Source of the DNA: Candidatus Multivorans sp.
Lineage (GTDB): Bacteria > Acidobacteriota > Thermoanaerobaculia > Multivoradales > Multivoraceae
NCBI GenBank assembly: GCA_965224025.1
Contig: OZ245033.1
Location: 4,384,001-4,448,000 of the forward strand
Direction: 5' to 3'
Length of the DNA: 64,000 nt
Shown: piece after piece, positions 31,865 to 46,111 of the stretch
Layout: every line of letters starts with the position of its first letter
Numbering within the stretch: position 1 is the first letter of the stretch
Notes under the pieces: model-generated
What the model saw: the letters and a program-made list of their open reading frames with translations, nothing else
Databases searched by the model: none
Told to the model about the DNA's origin: nothing
Position numbers and translations under genes: made by a program

Positions 31865-32638
31865 TCAGCTCACCGCGAAGATGCCGCCGTCGACCGGGAT
31901 CGCGGCGCCGGTGACGTAGGCCGCCGCGCGCGACGCCAGGTAGATCGAGACGCCGGCCATGTCCTCCGGCGTGCCGATCCGCTTGCGCGGGTTGCGGGCG
32001 CGGATCTCGTCGCCGAACTTCTTCAGGTTGTACTCCATCATCTTGCTCTCGAACGGTCCGGGACAGACCGCGTTCACCGTGATGTCGTCGGGCGCGAGCC
32101 GGCGGGCCAGCGCGCGCGTGAGGTGGATCATCCCGGCCTTGCTCGCGCTGTACGGATAGTGCTCCGCCGGATTCACGTGCAGCCCATCGATCGAGGCGAT
32201 GTTGATCACCCGCGACGGGTCGTCCGTGGTCGCCGCGGCGCGCAACTCCGGCAGCAACCGCGCCGTCAGGAAGAAGGGCCCCTTCAGGTTGATGTCCATC
32301 ACCTTGTCCCAGCCCGACTCGGGGAACTCCTCGAGCGGCGCGCCCCAGGCGGCGCCGGCGTTGTTGACCAGGATGTCGAGCTTCTCTTCGCGTTCCCGGA
32401 ACTCGGCGCGGAAGCGTTCGACGCCCTCGACCGACGCCAGGTCGTTCGGAAGCGAAATGCACTCCCCGTAGGCGCTCAGTTCGTCGGCCATCGCGTCGCA
32501 GACCGCCGCCTTACGCGAGCTGATGTAGGCGCGCACGCCGTTCTCCACGTAGCCGCGGGCGATCATCGCCCCGATGCCGCGGGAGCCCCCGGTGACCACC
32601 GCCACCTTGCCGGAAACGTCGAACAGGTTCTTCATCAC
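31865..32638 (-). CDS. Short-chain dehydrogenase/reductase
   Basis: TGGSRGIG, NNAG, YSASKAG. Confidence 0.95.
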   Translation of the reverse strand: MMKNLFDVSGKVAVVTGGSRGIGAMIARGYVENGVRAYISSRKAAVCDAMADELSAYGECISLPNDLASVEGVERFRAEFREREEKLDILVNNAGAAWGAPLEEFPESGWDKVMDINLKGPFFLTARLLPELRAAATTDDPSRVINIASIDGLHVNPAEHYPYSASKAGMIHLTRALARRLAPDDITVNAVCPGPFESKMMEYNLKKFGDEIRARNPRKRIGTPEDMAGVSIYLASRAAAYVTGAAIPVDGGIFAVS

Positions 32639-34376
32639 TTTCGCTCCACGGTCAGTGCGTCGGTCAGCACGGAGCCCGCCCCTGCCGTCTGGTCCCAGAG
32701 TCCCAAGGCAATACGCTGCCGGCCCTCCGGCAGCCTCAGGGTCAAGCCGGCACGGTAGTGGCTCTCCAGGGCGTCCGCGAGCGTGTCGGACGGCACCTGC
32801 AGCGGCACGTCGAGGTGCTGCGCCGCCGTCAACTGGTCGTCGTCGTCCATCGCCACCACGACCAGACGGGCGGAGGCGCTGTGGACACCGTCGAGTTCGA
32901 CGAGTTCCACGTTACCGATCGGAAACTCGACCCACATCGACACCTCGAACAAATCGAGTTCCTCGACGGGAACGATCGCGTCCAGGTGGACCTCCATCCG
33001 GTGCGGGTTGTCGCTTTCACCGATGACCACCGCGGCCAGCGCCCGCTCCGAGATGCGGGAGCGAATGCCCTTCTTGATGTAGCTCCGCCGGTAGTTCGCG
33101 TTGACGCCCCGGCCCCCCTCGACCTTGATCTCGATGGCGGTGAACTCGCCTTCGACCTTGCCCGCGGAGGACAGACCGAGCGAGTAGTACGACTGCATCC
33201 CGCCGACGGCCCGGGGTAACACACCGGTGAGCCTCCCACCGCCGGTGCGGGCGAATCCGCCCGTGCCCTCGGCCAGGGAGTGCAGCGCTTCCCGGTAGTC
33301 GGAGATCTCGAGCAACGAGCCCCGACCCTTGGAACGCCGGGCGCTCGTCGCTGCGTTGCCCGGCGGCGGCTTGGCAGCGAACAGCGTCACGCCGTAGGTG
33401 TTCGCCTCCGCGACGATGGCGCGGATGGTCGCCGTGGCCCGGTACTGCTCGACCTCCTGCTGGAGGCGGCCGGCCTCCATGCTCGTGTCGCGGTCGAAGA
33501 CGCCGCCGGTACCCGGAGTGCCTCCGGCCTGCCCCCCGGTCCGGCTTTCGACCAGGGCGCCGGCGTTGCTGGCGCCGCCCGTCAGCAGATCCTGGAGATG
33601 CTCCATCAGGGAACCCAGCGGCCGCTCCACCACGCCGTCCGACACGTAGACCAATGCCTTGCGGCCCTCGAGCCAGGACAGCGTACGCACGAAGTTGCCC
33701 AGGGCCTCGAAGCTGCTCTCCGAGTCGGCGTAGATCTCGCGCGCGTAGTTCCGCATCTGCCCCAGCAGAGCGTCGATGGCCAGAGCGGCGTTCTGGCGGT
33801 CCAGGCGGTCGGAGCCACGCATCTTCTGGAATGCATCGGTCACCGAGAGTTGAGCGCTCTGACGCAGGCCGTCCCGCGAGTCGCCGACCGTCCCCTGCCC
33901 CTTCAGACTGGCCAGCGCGCTCCGGATCGACCCCCAGTTGCGGGTGAAGCCCTGAAGCACCCGCGGCGCCTGGTCGTGCGCGGCGACCATCACGCTCACG
34001 CGGCGATCTTCCAGCACCGCCGGCAGGTCGACCTCGAGCTCCGCCAGTGCCCGGTCGCGGTTCGCGGACAGCATGTTGTGCTGATCGAAGTACAGGATGA
34101 GCCAGATCGGCGTCGTGGAGTCCGGATCGTCGCTCACGACTTCGTAGAAGTTCACCGGGTCGACCCGGCGGCCGTGTTCGAAAACCTGGAAGTCCGACAC
34201 CGTGAGGCCCGTGATCGGCGCCCCCTGCCGGTCGGTGACCTGCACGTCGATGTTCACGACTTCGACGTCGACGGTCTCCTGAACGACCCCGGCCGCCGGC
34301 TCGGGCTGCTGGGCGCTCAGAGGCGCCGCCCAGAGGACAAGGAGAATGGAAAGGGAAACGAGGCCGGTTCTCTTGC

Positions 34377-34380
<4 letters not shown>
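32635..34380 (-). CDS. VWA-related acidobacterial domain protein
   Basis: ETVDVEVVNIDVQVTDRQGAPITGLTVSDF, GRKALVYVSDG, LAEGTGG, SYYSLG. Confidence 0.85.
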
Positions 34381-36113
<1,733 letters not shown>

Positions 36114-36149
36114 CGCGCGGAATCGTATGCTACGGACCCCTACGTCACC

Positions 36150-37328
36150 ATGTCAGCACTCGACGGTCTCCGCATCCTCGACCTGACCCGCATCCTCGCG
36201 GGTCCGACCTGCACCCAGTTGCTCGGCGACCTCGGCGCGGACGTGATCAAGATCGAACGGCCCGGCCGCGGCGACGACACCCGCGCCTGGGGGCCGCCCT
36301 TCGTGCGCGGCGCGGACGGCGAGGACACAAGCGAGAGCGCCTACTACCTCTGCGCCAACCGGAACAAGCGCTCCGTCGCGGTCGATCTCGCCACCACGGA
36401 AGGCGCGGACCTGGCGCGGCGCCTCGCCTCCCGCTCGGACGTGCTGATCGAGAACTTCAAGGTCGGCGCCCTCCAGCGCTACGGCCTCGGCTACGCCGAC
36501 CTGAAGGACGATCTGCCCGGGCTCGTCTACTGTTCGATCACCGGCTTCGGCCAGACCGGCCCGAACGCGCACCGCGCCGGCTACGACCTGCTGGCCCAGG
36601 GCTACGGCGGCATCATGAGCCTCACCGGCGAACCGGACGGCGAGCCGATGAAGGTCGGCGTCGGCATCGCCGACATCGTCTGCGGCATGTACGCCGCGAC
36701 CTCGATTCTGGCCGCGCTGCGGCACCGCGACCGCACCGGCCGCGGGCAGCACATCGACCTTGCCCTGGTCGACACGCAGATGGCCTGGCTGGTCAACGAG
36801 GGCACGAACTACCTAACGTCCGGAGAAGTGCCCCGCCGGCGCGGCAACGAACACCCGAACATCGTTCCCTACGGCGTCTTCGAGACCGCGGACGGCCACG
36901 TCATCGTCGCGGTCGGCAACGACGCGCAATACGAGCGGTTCTGCGATCTCCTCGGCGCACCGGAGCTGGCATCGGACGAGCGCTACCGCACGAACGCCGG
37001 CCGGCTCGCTCACCGGGAGGAGCTGGTGGTCGAGCTGTCCCGCCGCGTTCGCAAGCTGAGCAGCGCCGAGGTGCTGGACGGCCTGGAAGCCCGCGGCGTG
37101 CCCGGCGGCCCGATCCACAACCTGGAAGAGGCGCTGGCCTCCGACCAGGCGCGGGCCCGCGGCATGACGGTCGAAGTGCCGCATCCGCTCGCCGGAAGCG
37201 GCGGCGTCAAGATGGTCGCCAACCCGATCAGGATGTCCGAGACGCCGGTGACCTACCGGCGCTCCCCGCCCACCTGCGGCGCCGACACGGACGCCGTGAT
37301 CGCGGAACTGCTGGGCGAAGGGGACTGA
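36150..37328 (+). CDS. Family III CoA-transferase (CaiB/BaiF)
   Basis: LDLTRILAGP, LGADVIKIERPGRGDDTR, NRNKRS, CSITGFGQTGP, GYD. Confidence 0.95.
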   Translation: MSALDGLRILDLTRILAGPTCTQLLGDLGADVIKIERPGRGDDTRAWGPPFVRGADGEDTSESAYYLCANRNKRSVAVDLATTEGADLARRLASRSDVLIENFKVGALQRYGLGYADLKDDLPGLVYCSITGFGQTGPNAHRAGYDLLAQGYGGIMSLTGEPDGEPMKVGVGIADIVCGMYAATSILAALRHRDRTGRGQHIDLALVDTQMAWLVNEGTNYLTSGEVPRRRGNEHPNIVPYGVFETADGHVIVAVGNDAQYERFCDLLGAPELASDERYRTNAGRLAHREELVVELSRRVRKLSSAEVLDGLEARGVPGGPIHNLEEALASDQARARGMTVEVPHPLAGSGGVKMVANPIRMSETPVTYRRSPPTCGADTDAVIAELLGEGD

Positions 37329-37337
37329 CGGCAGAAG

Positions 37338-39316
37338 CTACCGGCGCCGCCGCTTGCGCAACTGCGCCAGTTCTTCGACGAACCTCCGTTCATCCGGCAA
37401 CAACGCCAGCGCCTTCTCGTAGGCATCTTCGACTTCCCGAAGCGGGAGGCGCAACCAGTTGAATGTTCGAGCCAGATCCCGCCAAGCCCAGGCGTGGCGT
37501 GTCGTCGGCGCGTCGAGTTGAACAACCCGTTCCAACAGACTCCGCGCCTCTCCGAGGAACTTGCGGCGAAGGCCATACCGCCGCTCCCTTCGCGCGGCAC
37601 CCGCTAAGTCGATCTTCGTCTGAGCGAACTCGTGCAGGGCCCGAGGATCGCCGAGGATGGCGTCGTCCGCGCGCTCGAAGTAGCGGTGGGCTGCCTTCGG
37701 TTCTCTGAGACGCCGCGCGAGGATGGCTGTGTCGATGGCATCTTGGCCAAAAACCCCGCCGTGGCGCCGCTGGAGTAGTCGGCGCGCCCTGTCCACTTCG
37801 CCGCCATTCGCCAAGACATCGATCAGGGTGTTCGCGACGTGGGGCACGGCCGCCTTTGAACCGCGCCGCTCGAATCTCGCGAGAACCTCTTCCGCCCGCT
37901 CTATCTCGTCGCGGTCCGCGTACGAACGAATCATCTCCGACGCGAGCACCGCCGAAGCAGGGTTGGACTCCCACGCGGATTCAATACGGCGAAGGGCTTC
38001 TTCGTTGTCCCCCACCGCTCGCAGGTGGGCTGCGTCTCGCAAAGTCGAGAGCGCCACGAACTCCGGATGGGCAGGCAAAGTGGCCCGGAAGTAGGTTCGT
38101 TGTTCGTCGAAGTCGAAGTGAGGCGGCGGCGAGCCGTTTGCCTCCATGGTCCGAAACACCTTCGGCAGGCCAGTCAGCCTTCCTTCGGCGAGCCCCATTC
38201 CTTGAGAAACTCGCCGATGCGGCGGTTGCGAGCGGGCACTGGAGTGATCTGAGCGTCAGCGACAAGGTGTCGACGCTCGATCCCAGCCACCGGGCCGGGA
38301 TAGCTGATGACCTCGACGCGACCCGGGTAGAGATACACGTTGACCGGCTCCGGCTGATCGACGTCGTACCCGCGGTGATACGCCGCGTTGACCAACGTCT
38401 CCCGCAAGGCAGGCAGTGGATAGCTCACCCAGCCCCGCACCTGGCTACGGTCGGGGCGCTTCTGAAGGTGAGAGACCGAGAGATTCTCTAGATGGTTCAG
38501 GCAGTCGCGAAGCTGATCGGCGAGCCCGCCCCGGAAGACTCGCTCCTCCTGCACGTCGCCCGCACGATCCGCAGCGAACTGAACGACTTCGATCGTCGCA
38601 CCGCGAAACCAGCGCGTCGGGTCAGCGGAGAACAAGAGCAGTCCGGCGTTTCTCGGTACTTCATGGCCGTTGGCCCGAGCGGTAATCCGCATTCGCCGGC
38701 AGATCTCCCGGTGGTCGGACTCTTTGAGGAGGCCACTGCGCACATCCCGCAGATACTCGCGGACCTTGGCTTCCCGAATGTCCTCCACTTCCGCATCCCG
38801 AGCCGCGCGGTCATCCCACGGCACGCGGTTGGTCTGTTCGATGAGCGCCCGGAGCATGTCGCCTCTTTGCTCGGCATCGACGGTCTCGGCACCGAGGCGA
38901 ACCCAGTACCGACAGCGCTTGTGGTCCGCGGACGGCCCCCGATGAGGACGCATGTCGCTTGCCGGGACCCAGACTACGAGAAGGAGGCGGTCGCCGAAGG
39001 TCTCGGGCGACAGGATGGGAGAGTACGGGGGATCGAGCCGCTGGCAGCTACCGCGAATCCACTTCTGCGCCGCCTCGACCTTCTCGGACGGGAGGCCCGA
39101 CGGCGGCAGGATCGCATGGCCGCCTTCTTCACCAACGCCGATGACGATGTAGCCGCCGTTGAGGTTGTGGAGATCGTTCGCGAACGCGCAGATCGTCCGC
39201 AGGACCTGCGGCCCGGTGGTTTCGGGGTTCCACGACTCCTTGAACTCCACACGCGCCGACTCCACGCTGCGACAATGAAGTAGGTCGTCGAGATTGATTT
39301 GGAGGATAGTGCTCAC
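37338..39316 (-). CDS. Schlafen/AlbA_2 + HATPase_c_4 + TPR-like protein, frameshift near 38195
   Basis: ESARVEFKE, ICAFAN...GGYIVIGV, LRETLVNAAYHRGY, ARNRRIGEFLKE joining GLAEGRLTGLP; helical TPR-like C-terminus. Confidence 0.75.
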
Positions 39317-39501
39317 GTTCTAGCGCCGCTCGTCGTCGGCTCTTGCCCGGCTTCCTGCCGGTTGAGGCTCGGGCCACGAGCCCGCTCCGACTGAGTCTAT
39401 TCCGGCCACAGCGGTCCAACGGCCCCCTCGCTCCCGGGCACCGCTCCCCAAGCGGTGGTACGGTGGCAGACAAATAGCCACTCCCTCCCCTAGGAGACTC
39501 A

Positions 39502-40497
39502 TTGAGCGACAACACCGTGGGAATCAGCGGCTTCGGCGGCTACGTGCCGGAGCGAGTGATGACGAACGAGGACTGGACCAAGTACGTCGACACCTCGGAC
39601 GAATGGATCGTCGAACGAACCGGCATCCACCGGCGCCGCTTCGCGGCGGAAGACGAGTCCACCGCCGACCTGGCTGTTGCCGCTGCCCACTCGGCGCTCG
39701 AGAGCCGCCGCGTCTCCGCCGACGAGATCGACGAGATCATCGTCGCCACGGACACGCCCGAGGTCTACACGCCGGACACCGCGTCCTTCGTGCAGGAGGG
39801 AATCGGCGCCCGGGAGATCCCCTCCTACGACCTGGGCGGCAGCGGCTGCGCCGGCTTCGTGCAAGCACTGGACGTCGCCCGCTCGCGAGTACTGACCGGC
39901 ACCCGCCGCGTCCTGGTGATCGGTGTCGAGCTCATTTCCCGTCTCGTAAGCTGGAAGATTCGAGAGACCTGCGTGTTGTTCGGCGACGCCGCGGCCGGGG
40001 TGATCATCGAGCGCGGACCGCAGATGGCCGAAATCCTCGGCGCCAAGACCGGCACCGACGGCAGCCAGTGGAGCATCTTGACCCTGGAGATCGGCGGCAC
40101 GCGCAAGCCGTTCAGCCTGGAGTACGCGCAGAAGGAAGAGCATCTGAAGCTGATCATGGAGGGCCGGGCGGTGTTCCGTCACGCCGTCCACCGCATGTCG
40201 GAGGTCGGCCTCGACGTGCTGGAATCAGTGGGCGCAAAGCTCGAAGACGTGGCAATGATCGTGCCCCACCAGGCGAACCTGCGCATTGTCCAGGCAGTCG
40301 CGAAGAACCTGTCTGTACCGATGGAGAAGGTCTACACGAACCTCCAGGAGTACGGCAACACCGGCTCCGCCTCGGTGCCGCTTGCCCTGTGGGAAGCCCA
40401 CCGCAACGGCCGTATCTCCCCCGGCGATCTGGTCCTTCTGACCTCCTTCGGCGCCGGCTTCCACTGGGGCGCGATGCTCTTGCGCTTCAACGGCTGA
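39502..40497 (+). CDS. fabH: 3-oxoacyl-ACP synthase III
   Basis: DTSDEWIVERTGI, GCAGF, LFGDAA, PHQAN, YGNTGSAS, FGAGF. Confidence 0.95.
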   Translation: MSDNTVGISGFGGYVPERVMTNEDWTKYVDTSDEWIVERTGIHRRRFAAEDESTADLAVAAAHSALESRRVSADEIDEIIVATDTPEVYTPDTASFVQEGIGAREIPSYDLGGSGCAGFVQALDVARSRVLTGTRRVLVIGVELISRLVSWKIRETCVLFGDAAAGVIIERGPQMAEILGAKTGTDGSQWSILTLEIGGTRKPFSLEYAQKEEHLKLIMEGRAVFRHAVHRMSEVGLDVLESVGAKLEDVAMIVPHQANLRIVQAVAKNLSVPMEKVYTNLQEYGNTGSASVPLALWEAHRNGRISPGDLVLLTSFGAGFHWGAMLLRFNG

Positions 40498-40613
40498 GGG
40501 GGCGATTCACTCGAGAGCCTGGCGCCGCGACTCCAAGGTACGCCGGCTCCCGCGCAGCCGCCTGAGGACGCGACCAGCTACGATTCGGCCGCCCTGACCC
40601 GGCTCGAGTCGCA

Positions 40614-42506
40614 ATGTCCTCCGCACGCTCCTCTCCCGGTCCCGCCCTCGCCGCGGACGACTTCGCCAACTGCGGCTGGCAGGACGCACTGCGATCCGCC
40701 GATCCATGGGCGTACTCCTCGATCTGGGGGGCGCTCCTGGCCGCCGCCAAGGATGCCGAGGGCGACGACCGTCGGGCCAAGGCGCTCCGGCTCCTCGCCG
40801 ATGCCTGCTCCATGACGTTCTCACCCGACAGAGCCGTCAAGCCCTTTGGGCCCCGATTCTCCTTCCCCGGCGGAAGCTCGTTCTCACCCGATGACTTGAC
40901 CGAAAGTGACACCGCGTTCCTTGCCGGTGCGGTCACTACGATGGAAATCTGCGCTCCTGGTGCGCATCTTCTGAAGGCGCGCTTGGCGGACCTCGTCTGG
41001 CTAGTGCTAGCACAAGAGACCCGAAGCGGCGAGTTCGCATTGCTCGCCATCGATAGCTACAGGGCAGTGCCGCTGAACGGAGAGAGTTGGGTCCGCGACG
41101 GTCTCGACTGCTGGCAAAGGGCGCTGCTTCTCGCTCGCCTTACCAAGACCGCCGCCGGAAATCGCGGCGAGGAGATGGAGGCGTCGATTCTGGAGGCACT
41201 CGACTCCGCGACAAACGAGGACGGCTTCCTCGCAGTCAAGTTGGCTGAGTTGATGAGATCCAATGGACTCGGCCGCGACAACGCGGCCAGTATCGCGACG
41301 AAACTTGAGTCTCTGGGTCAGGTGTCCGCAGGCCAAGGTGAGTTTCATCGGGCACGAAGCTATCTTCATGAAGCACATCGCTGGTTCAAGACCCTCGGCA
41401 ACGAAGCCCAAGCTACAGCTACGACCGTTGCTGAAGCGGAGTGCTGGGTCAAAGAAGCCGAGCATCGGCTGTCGTCGGCTGATCCAAGTCACGGAGTCGC
41501 CGCCAGCTTCATCGAGAAAGCGATTCAGACTTACCGGACCATTCCGAAGAGGCAGCGCGAGACCCACAATGTTACCGAACGCCTCAAGCGCCTGCAAACA
41601 CTCCTCCGAGAGTTCGGGAAGCGAGCCGTCGACGAGCTGGCCAGGACTCAAGGCCAGGAGGTCGAGATCGCCGACTGGATCCGGGGGGCGCGTGCGGCCG
41701 TCACCGGCAAAACCACCGTCGAGGCTCTCACGGCGTTCGTGAGCCTCTCTCCTTGGGCGAGCGCCGACGAACTACGCGACAGCGCGATCGAGATGCTGCG
41801 GAAGTACCCGATCTCGGCGCTGCTGTTCCCCAACATCTCGATGACCCGCGACGGACGCGTCGTGGCCAGGAATCCGCCTGCTCATCTGGGCGATACGCTG
41901 ACTGAGTCGGATGAAATCGTCATCCGTGACCGGATGTTGGATGAGCACCGGGTCCGCGTTGGCCTTGTAACTCAGGGCTACATCCTGCCTGCACTCGAGG
42001 CACTCCGTCTCGAACACCGAATCCGTGAGATCGAGTTCGTCGAACTTGCCAGCGAGGCCGCCATCGTGCCCCCTGGGCGGAGTCTTCTCTTCGGCAAGGC
42101 TCTGTTCGCGGGCTATGACGGAGACTTCGCCGCGGCTCTCCATCTGTTGGTGCCGCAGATCGAGCACATGGTGCGCTTCCACCTGAGGCGGGCCGGCGTC
42201 GAAACCAGACATCTGGACGACGATGGGATACAGACCGAGAAAGGACTGAATTCACTTGTTGCCCTTACAGAGTCTTCAGACATCTTCGGTTTGGATGTCG
42301 TGTTCGAGATCGCCTTCCTCTTCTGTGAACCGGGCGGCGCGAATCTAAGAAACATGATCGCGCACGGTTTGCTGAACGACATGGAGGTGGTCCACGGCGT
42401 CTACCCGATCTACGCATGGTGGCTTACGCTGAAGCTCGTGTTGTCCTACTTCTGGAACACGGTCTCATCGGACACTGAGGAGACTGCGCGAGCGGATGGC
42501 GAGTAG
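40614..42506 (+). CDS. DUF4209-like protein with C-terminal HEPN-like motif
   Basis: HLLVPQIEHMVR...GANLRNMIAHGLL; long helical N-terminal region; codon usage unlike that of its neighbours. Confidence 0.75.
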   Translation: MSSARSSPGPALAADDFANCGWQDALRSADPWAYSSIWGALLAAAKDAEGDDRRAKALRLLADACSMTFSPDRAVKPFGPRFSFPGGSSFSPDDLTESDTAFLAGAVTTMEICAPGAHLLKARLADLVWLVLAQETRSGEFALLAIDSYRAVPLNGESWVRDGLDCWQRALLLARLTKTAAGNRGEEMEASILEALDSATNEDGFLAVKLAELMRSNGLGRDNAASIATKLESLGQVSAGQGEFHRARSYLHEAHRWFKTLGNEAQATATTVAEAECWVKEAEHRLSSADPSHGVAASFIEKAIQTYRTIPKRQRETHNVTERLKRLQTLLREFGKRAVDELARTQGQEVEIADWIRGARAAVTGKTTVEALTAFVSLSPWASADELRDSAIEMLRKYPISALLFPNISMTRDGRVVARNPPAHLGDTLTESDEIVIRDRMLDEHRVRVGLVTQGYILPALEALRLEHRIREIEFVELASEAAIVPPGRSLLFGKALFAGYDGDFAAALHLLVPQIEHMVRFHLRRAGVETRHLDDDGIQTEKGLNSLVALTESSDIFGLDVVFEIAFLFCEPGGANLRNMIAHGLLNDMEVVHGVYPIYAWWLTLKLVLSYFWNTVSSDTEETARADGE

Positions 42507-42518
42507 GCACTCCGCAAG

Positions 42519-45500
42519 CTATGCCTGAACCGGCCCGAGAAGGCCCTCAACCCGGCGTGCCGCCTCAGCGAAGTAGCTGACTTCCGCCGGTTGCAAGTCG
42601 CGGCCGAGAATCTGCCGTTCCCGGTACGACAGCCACTTCTTCAAAACCTGATAACCGCCAAGGCGATACGCCCAAACGGCGGCAGGCACGTTCCGCCAGT
42701 AGGCGCGGGAGTTCAGGTAGATGTCGAATGTGCTCTCGCCCAGCACGGACACACCGTCGCCGAGAGCCGCTCGCTCCTCGGCGGTGTAGGAACGTTCCAC
42801 CGCCCGGCCCTGGCCGGGCATGACGGCCTGACCGGCGCCGAAGTGGCCCCAACCGGCGGTCAGCGCGAAGTCAGCGCTGGTCATCTGGCGGCCGTCGACC
42901 GTTGTCGGGACGGCGATGGCGGCAATCTCCGGATGCAGGTCGCCGGTCGTCACGCCGGGCACGGGGGCCTCTGGATCGAGGAGTCGGGCCAGTCCCCGGC
43001 CCCGCTCCGCGACGGCAGCGAATTGGCCCGCCACAGCCTTGCCTGCGCCCTCAGACCAGCCTGGCAGCGGAATGCGAGGCCATCCGAGGCGAAGACCGTC
43101 GGCGTTGGCGTTGCGGTACCGCGCGGCGTGCAGAGTCGCGAGCACGAAGTGGAAGAGAGCTTCGCCGGTCGCGCCCATGCGGTTCAGGTAGCGCTGCGCC
43201 GCCGCCGAGAGATTGGGCATCCGTCCGCCGTCGGCACCGATCGCAGCTTCCTGGTGAAGGTACGCCGGGAACAGATTCGAGCCGCGTTCGATCAGGTGAT
43301 GTGAACCGAGACGAGTCGTGAACACGGCCTGGGGTTCGGCGGCGTCCTTCCGAACGTGCTGAGACGCAGTGAACCAGAGGTTCTCGTTGCCGATGACGTG
43401 CGGCCGGTAGTCGGCCCGTTTCTCGTCCAGCAGCTTGGTATCCGCCTCCCAGTAGAGCCAGCGATCGTCGAACGGCCGGTACGCGATCCGGCAGAAGCCG
43501 TCCTCCACCGGTCCACCCCGAGCGAGCAACGCTTCGCGGCCCGCCCAAGCGTCGAACCTCGCAGTGGACTTCATCGCGCTCGGATAGCGGCGCTCGATCT
43601 CTTCGTGGCTCAAGCCCGGATCAAAGTAGTCGCCAACCCGATCTCGGAGCCTATCCAGGTCGACATCCACGAGAAACGCGTCCCGGTTGGTCAGGACACC
43701 GTGAAAGCGCACTGGAAACAGGTCGGGCAGCGCCGGCCAATCGAACCATCGCTCGTCGACCACCGTTCGAAGGAAGGGCATCCCCAGCGGCAGCGACGGC
43801 TCGATTCCCTCGTAGAGCGCGTCCGGCGCCGCGTCGGCCGTCTTGAGGAGCTCCTCGCTCTTCGTCCGGCCCCAGAGGTGCCGGAAGCGGACCTCCGGTG
43901 CGGGCGCGTGGTCCGCCTTCCGCACCAACGTCGTGACCGCCGTGCCGACCTGAATGCCCACGCGATTGCTCTCGGTCGAGAAGATGCTCGGGTCGGGGGA
44001 ACCGTCCGGCGCGATCTTGCCGGTCTTGTACTTGTCGCCATTCAGGCAGTCGATCCGTACGCAATCGAAGGCTTCGACATAACGCTCACGCATCCCGGTG
44101 AACGACAGGCCATCCAGCCACGAGTAGTTCGAAATGAAGCAGACGATGCCCTGGCCCGTCCGCTCGGCGATGCGCCTCTCCGCCATGCGGAAGAAGCGGA
44201 CGTAGAGATCGTTCAAGCCCCGGCCTTCCGGCCGCCGCACGCGTCTTGTCGCCCTGTATGCGTCCGTCAGCTCCCGCTCTTCCTCCACCGCCAAGCCGGG
44301 AAAACCGTTGTACGGCGGATTGCCCAAGATGACGAGAATCGGCGCCTCCTGCTTCACTTTCTCCGCCCGGTCGCGCTCTTCCTCCAGTTCAGGGAACGGA
44401 AGCGGCTTGTTCGTTCTCGGCTCCCATCCCGTGAGGGCGTTGGTCAGGAACACCCCCGCCCGTTCCGAGCCGTCCTCTGCCAACGGTGCATCAAGGTCCT
44501 GCATCGTCAAGCCGACCTGCAGATGGGCAATGACGAACGGCGCCGGCATGATCTCGAAACCGAAGACCCGCTCCGTGGCGGCCTGCTTGACGCGGGCGCC
44601 GGCGAGCGCTCCAAGTCCTCGTCCTTCGAGATTTCGGCTATGCGCTTCAGCACCTCGGCGAGATAGGCGCCGGGTCCACAGCACGGGTCGAGGACGTAGA
44701 CGTTGTCAGCCGCCAGGCCGTCGGGAATCTCCAGATCCTCGCGGAGCGCCTTGTCCACCCGGGCGACCATGTACCGCACCACTTCGGTCGGCGTGTACCA
44801 GACCCCCAACTGCTTTCGCAGCGCCGGGTCGAACGCCTTCAGGAACGGTTCGTAGAAGTACGGCACCGCCTCGCCTTCGTTGAAGCTGGCAAAGAAGGCA
44901 TGGCGATCCACCCGATCCAGCGCTCCCGCCGTCCAGTCCAGCACTTCGATCAGGCCGAGAGGCCGCAAGCGCCCTGGATCGGCGAGCTGCTGAAACAAAG
45001 CCCGCAGGACCGGCGCCCGCAGATGCCACACGGCGGTCCGCCAGTCGAAGACGCTGCCGCGCGGTGGCGCCTGCCGCGACCACAACACCCACGCGGAGAA
45101 CACGCCGTAAAAGAGCGTCTGCACCAAAGTCGAGTGAAAGAAGCGCGCGCCTTTCGCGCCCTCGAACCGTACGCCGAGCGCCTCCTCCAGGGCCGAACGA
45201 ACGGTTCCGAGCGAAGGCGAGTCCCCTGCCCGCTGCACTCGGGCAAGGCCGTCTCGGGCGTAGGACGCCAGCAACCAGGCCAGGTCCTTCGGGTCCGCCA
45301 GCGCCGCCTGGTGAGACAACGCCCGCGCCAGGTACTCGCCGAGCCCCCTGCCGACCTTGCTTGCTGCCGCCCGCGGCTTCTCCAGAAGACCCGCGAACTC
45401 CGACTCCGTCGCGGCCAGGCTGAACGTCTCCAACCTCACTTCGTCGCCCGAAGCGTTGCGGCCCACGAGTTCGAACTCGCGCAGGTTGGTCACCAGCACG

Positions 45501-45856
45501 AGCTGGTAGCGCGACCAGTAGCGGTCGACCTGCTCCCGTACCTCCGTCCCCTCCAGACTCGCTTGAGACGACTTCACTTCCACGACCCCGCGCTCGGGCA
45601 CTTGACCCACGCGCGGCCTGCCCCGCTGAACCTGTCTCGCAGCGTAGAGCCCGATATCGGGATGTCTCGAACCTTGGTCCGCGAGCTCGACGATGCAGAA
45701 CACCTTCGGCTTGAGTGCTCCGCCAACCGCGTTCAACAGGTTCGCGAGCGGGGGATAGCTGGATCGCTCGTCCGTCGCGCCGCCGGACGCGCGAATACGC
45801 CGGAGATCAGCGAGATACGCCTCGACCGCCGCCGTCAGTCTCTTGGCCGGGATCAC
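42519..45856 (-). CDS. Single-polypeptide restriction-modification enzyme (nuclease + N6-adenine MTase + Type ISP-like C-terminal specificity domain, no helicase), frameshift near 44600
   Basis: PD...VEVK; GVWYTPTEVV; LDPCCG; GNPPY; DLYVRFFR; YRPFD; GGYQVLKKWLSYR. Confidence 0.8.
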
Positions 45857-46111
45857 GCCGCAACCCTACTTGTCTACGCCAACCGGGATCAACTATCCGC
45901 GATTCTCCGGCCACCAACGTAGCAGAGACCGTGCATGTCATTTCAAGCCTAGCGGCCGGAGCGGCCACCTTCCGCCGCAGGTCTCAACACCTTGTTATTC
46001 GCAAGACTTTCAGATAGAGTATTCCCTTCGAAGCAGCGGGCAGCACGCGGCCATACGCCCCTCCATGCCCCCTCTCCAGAGACCCGGGATACAGACCACG
46101 AACGATCAAGA

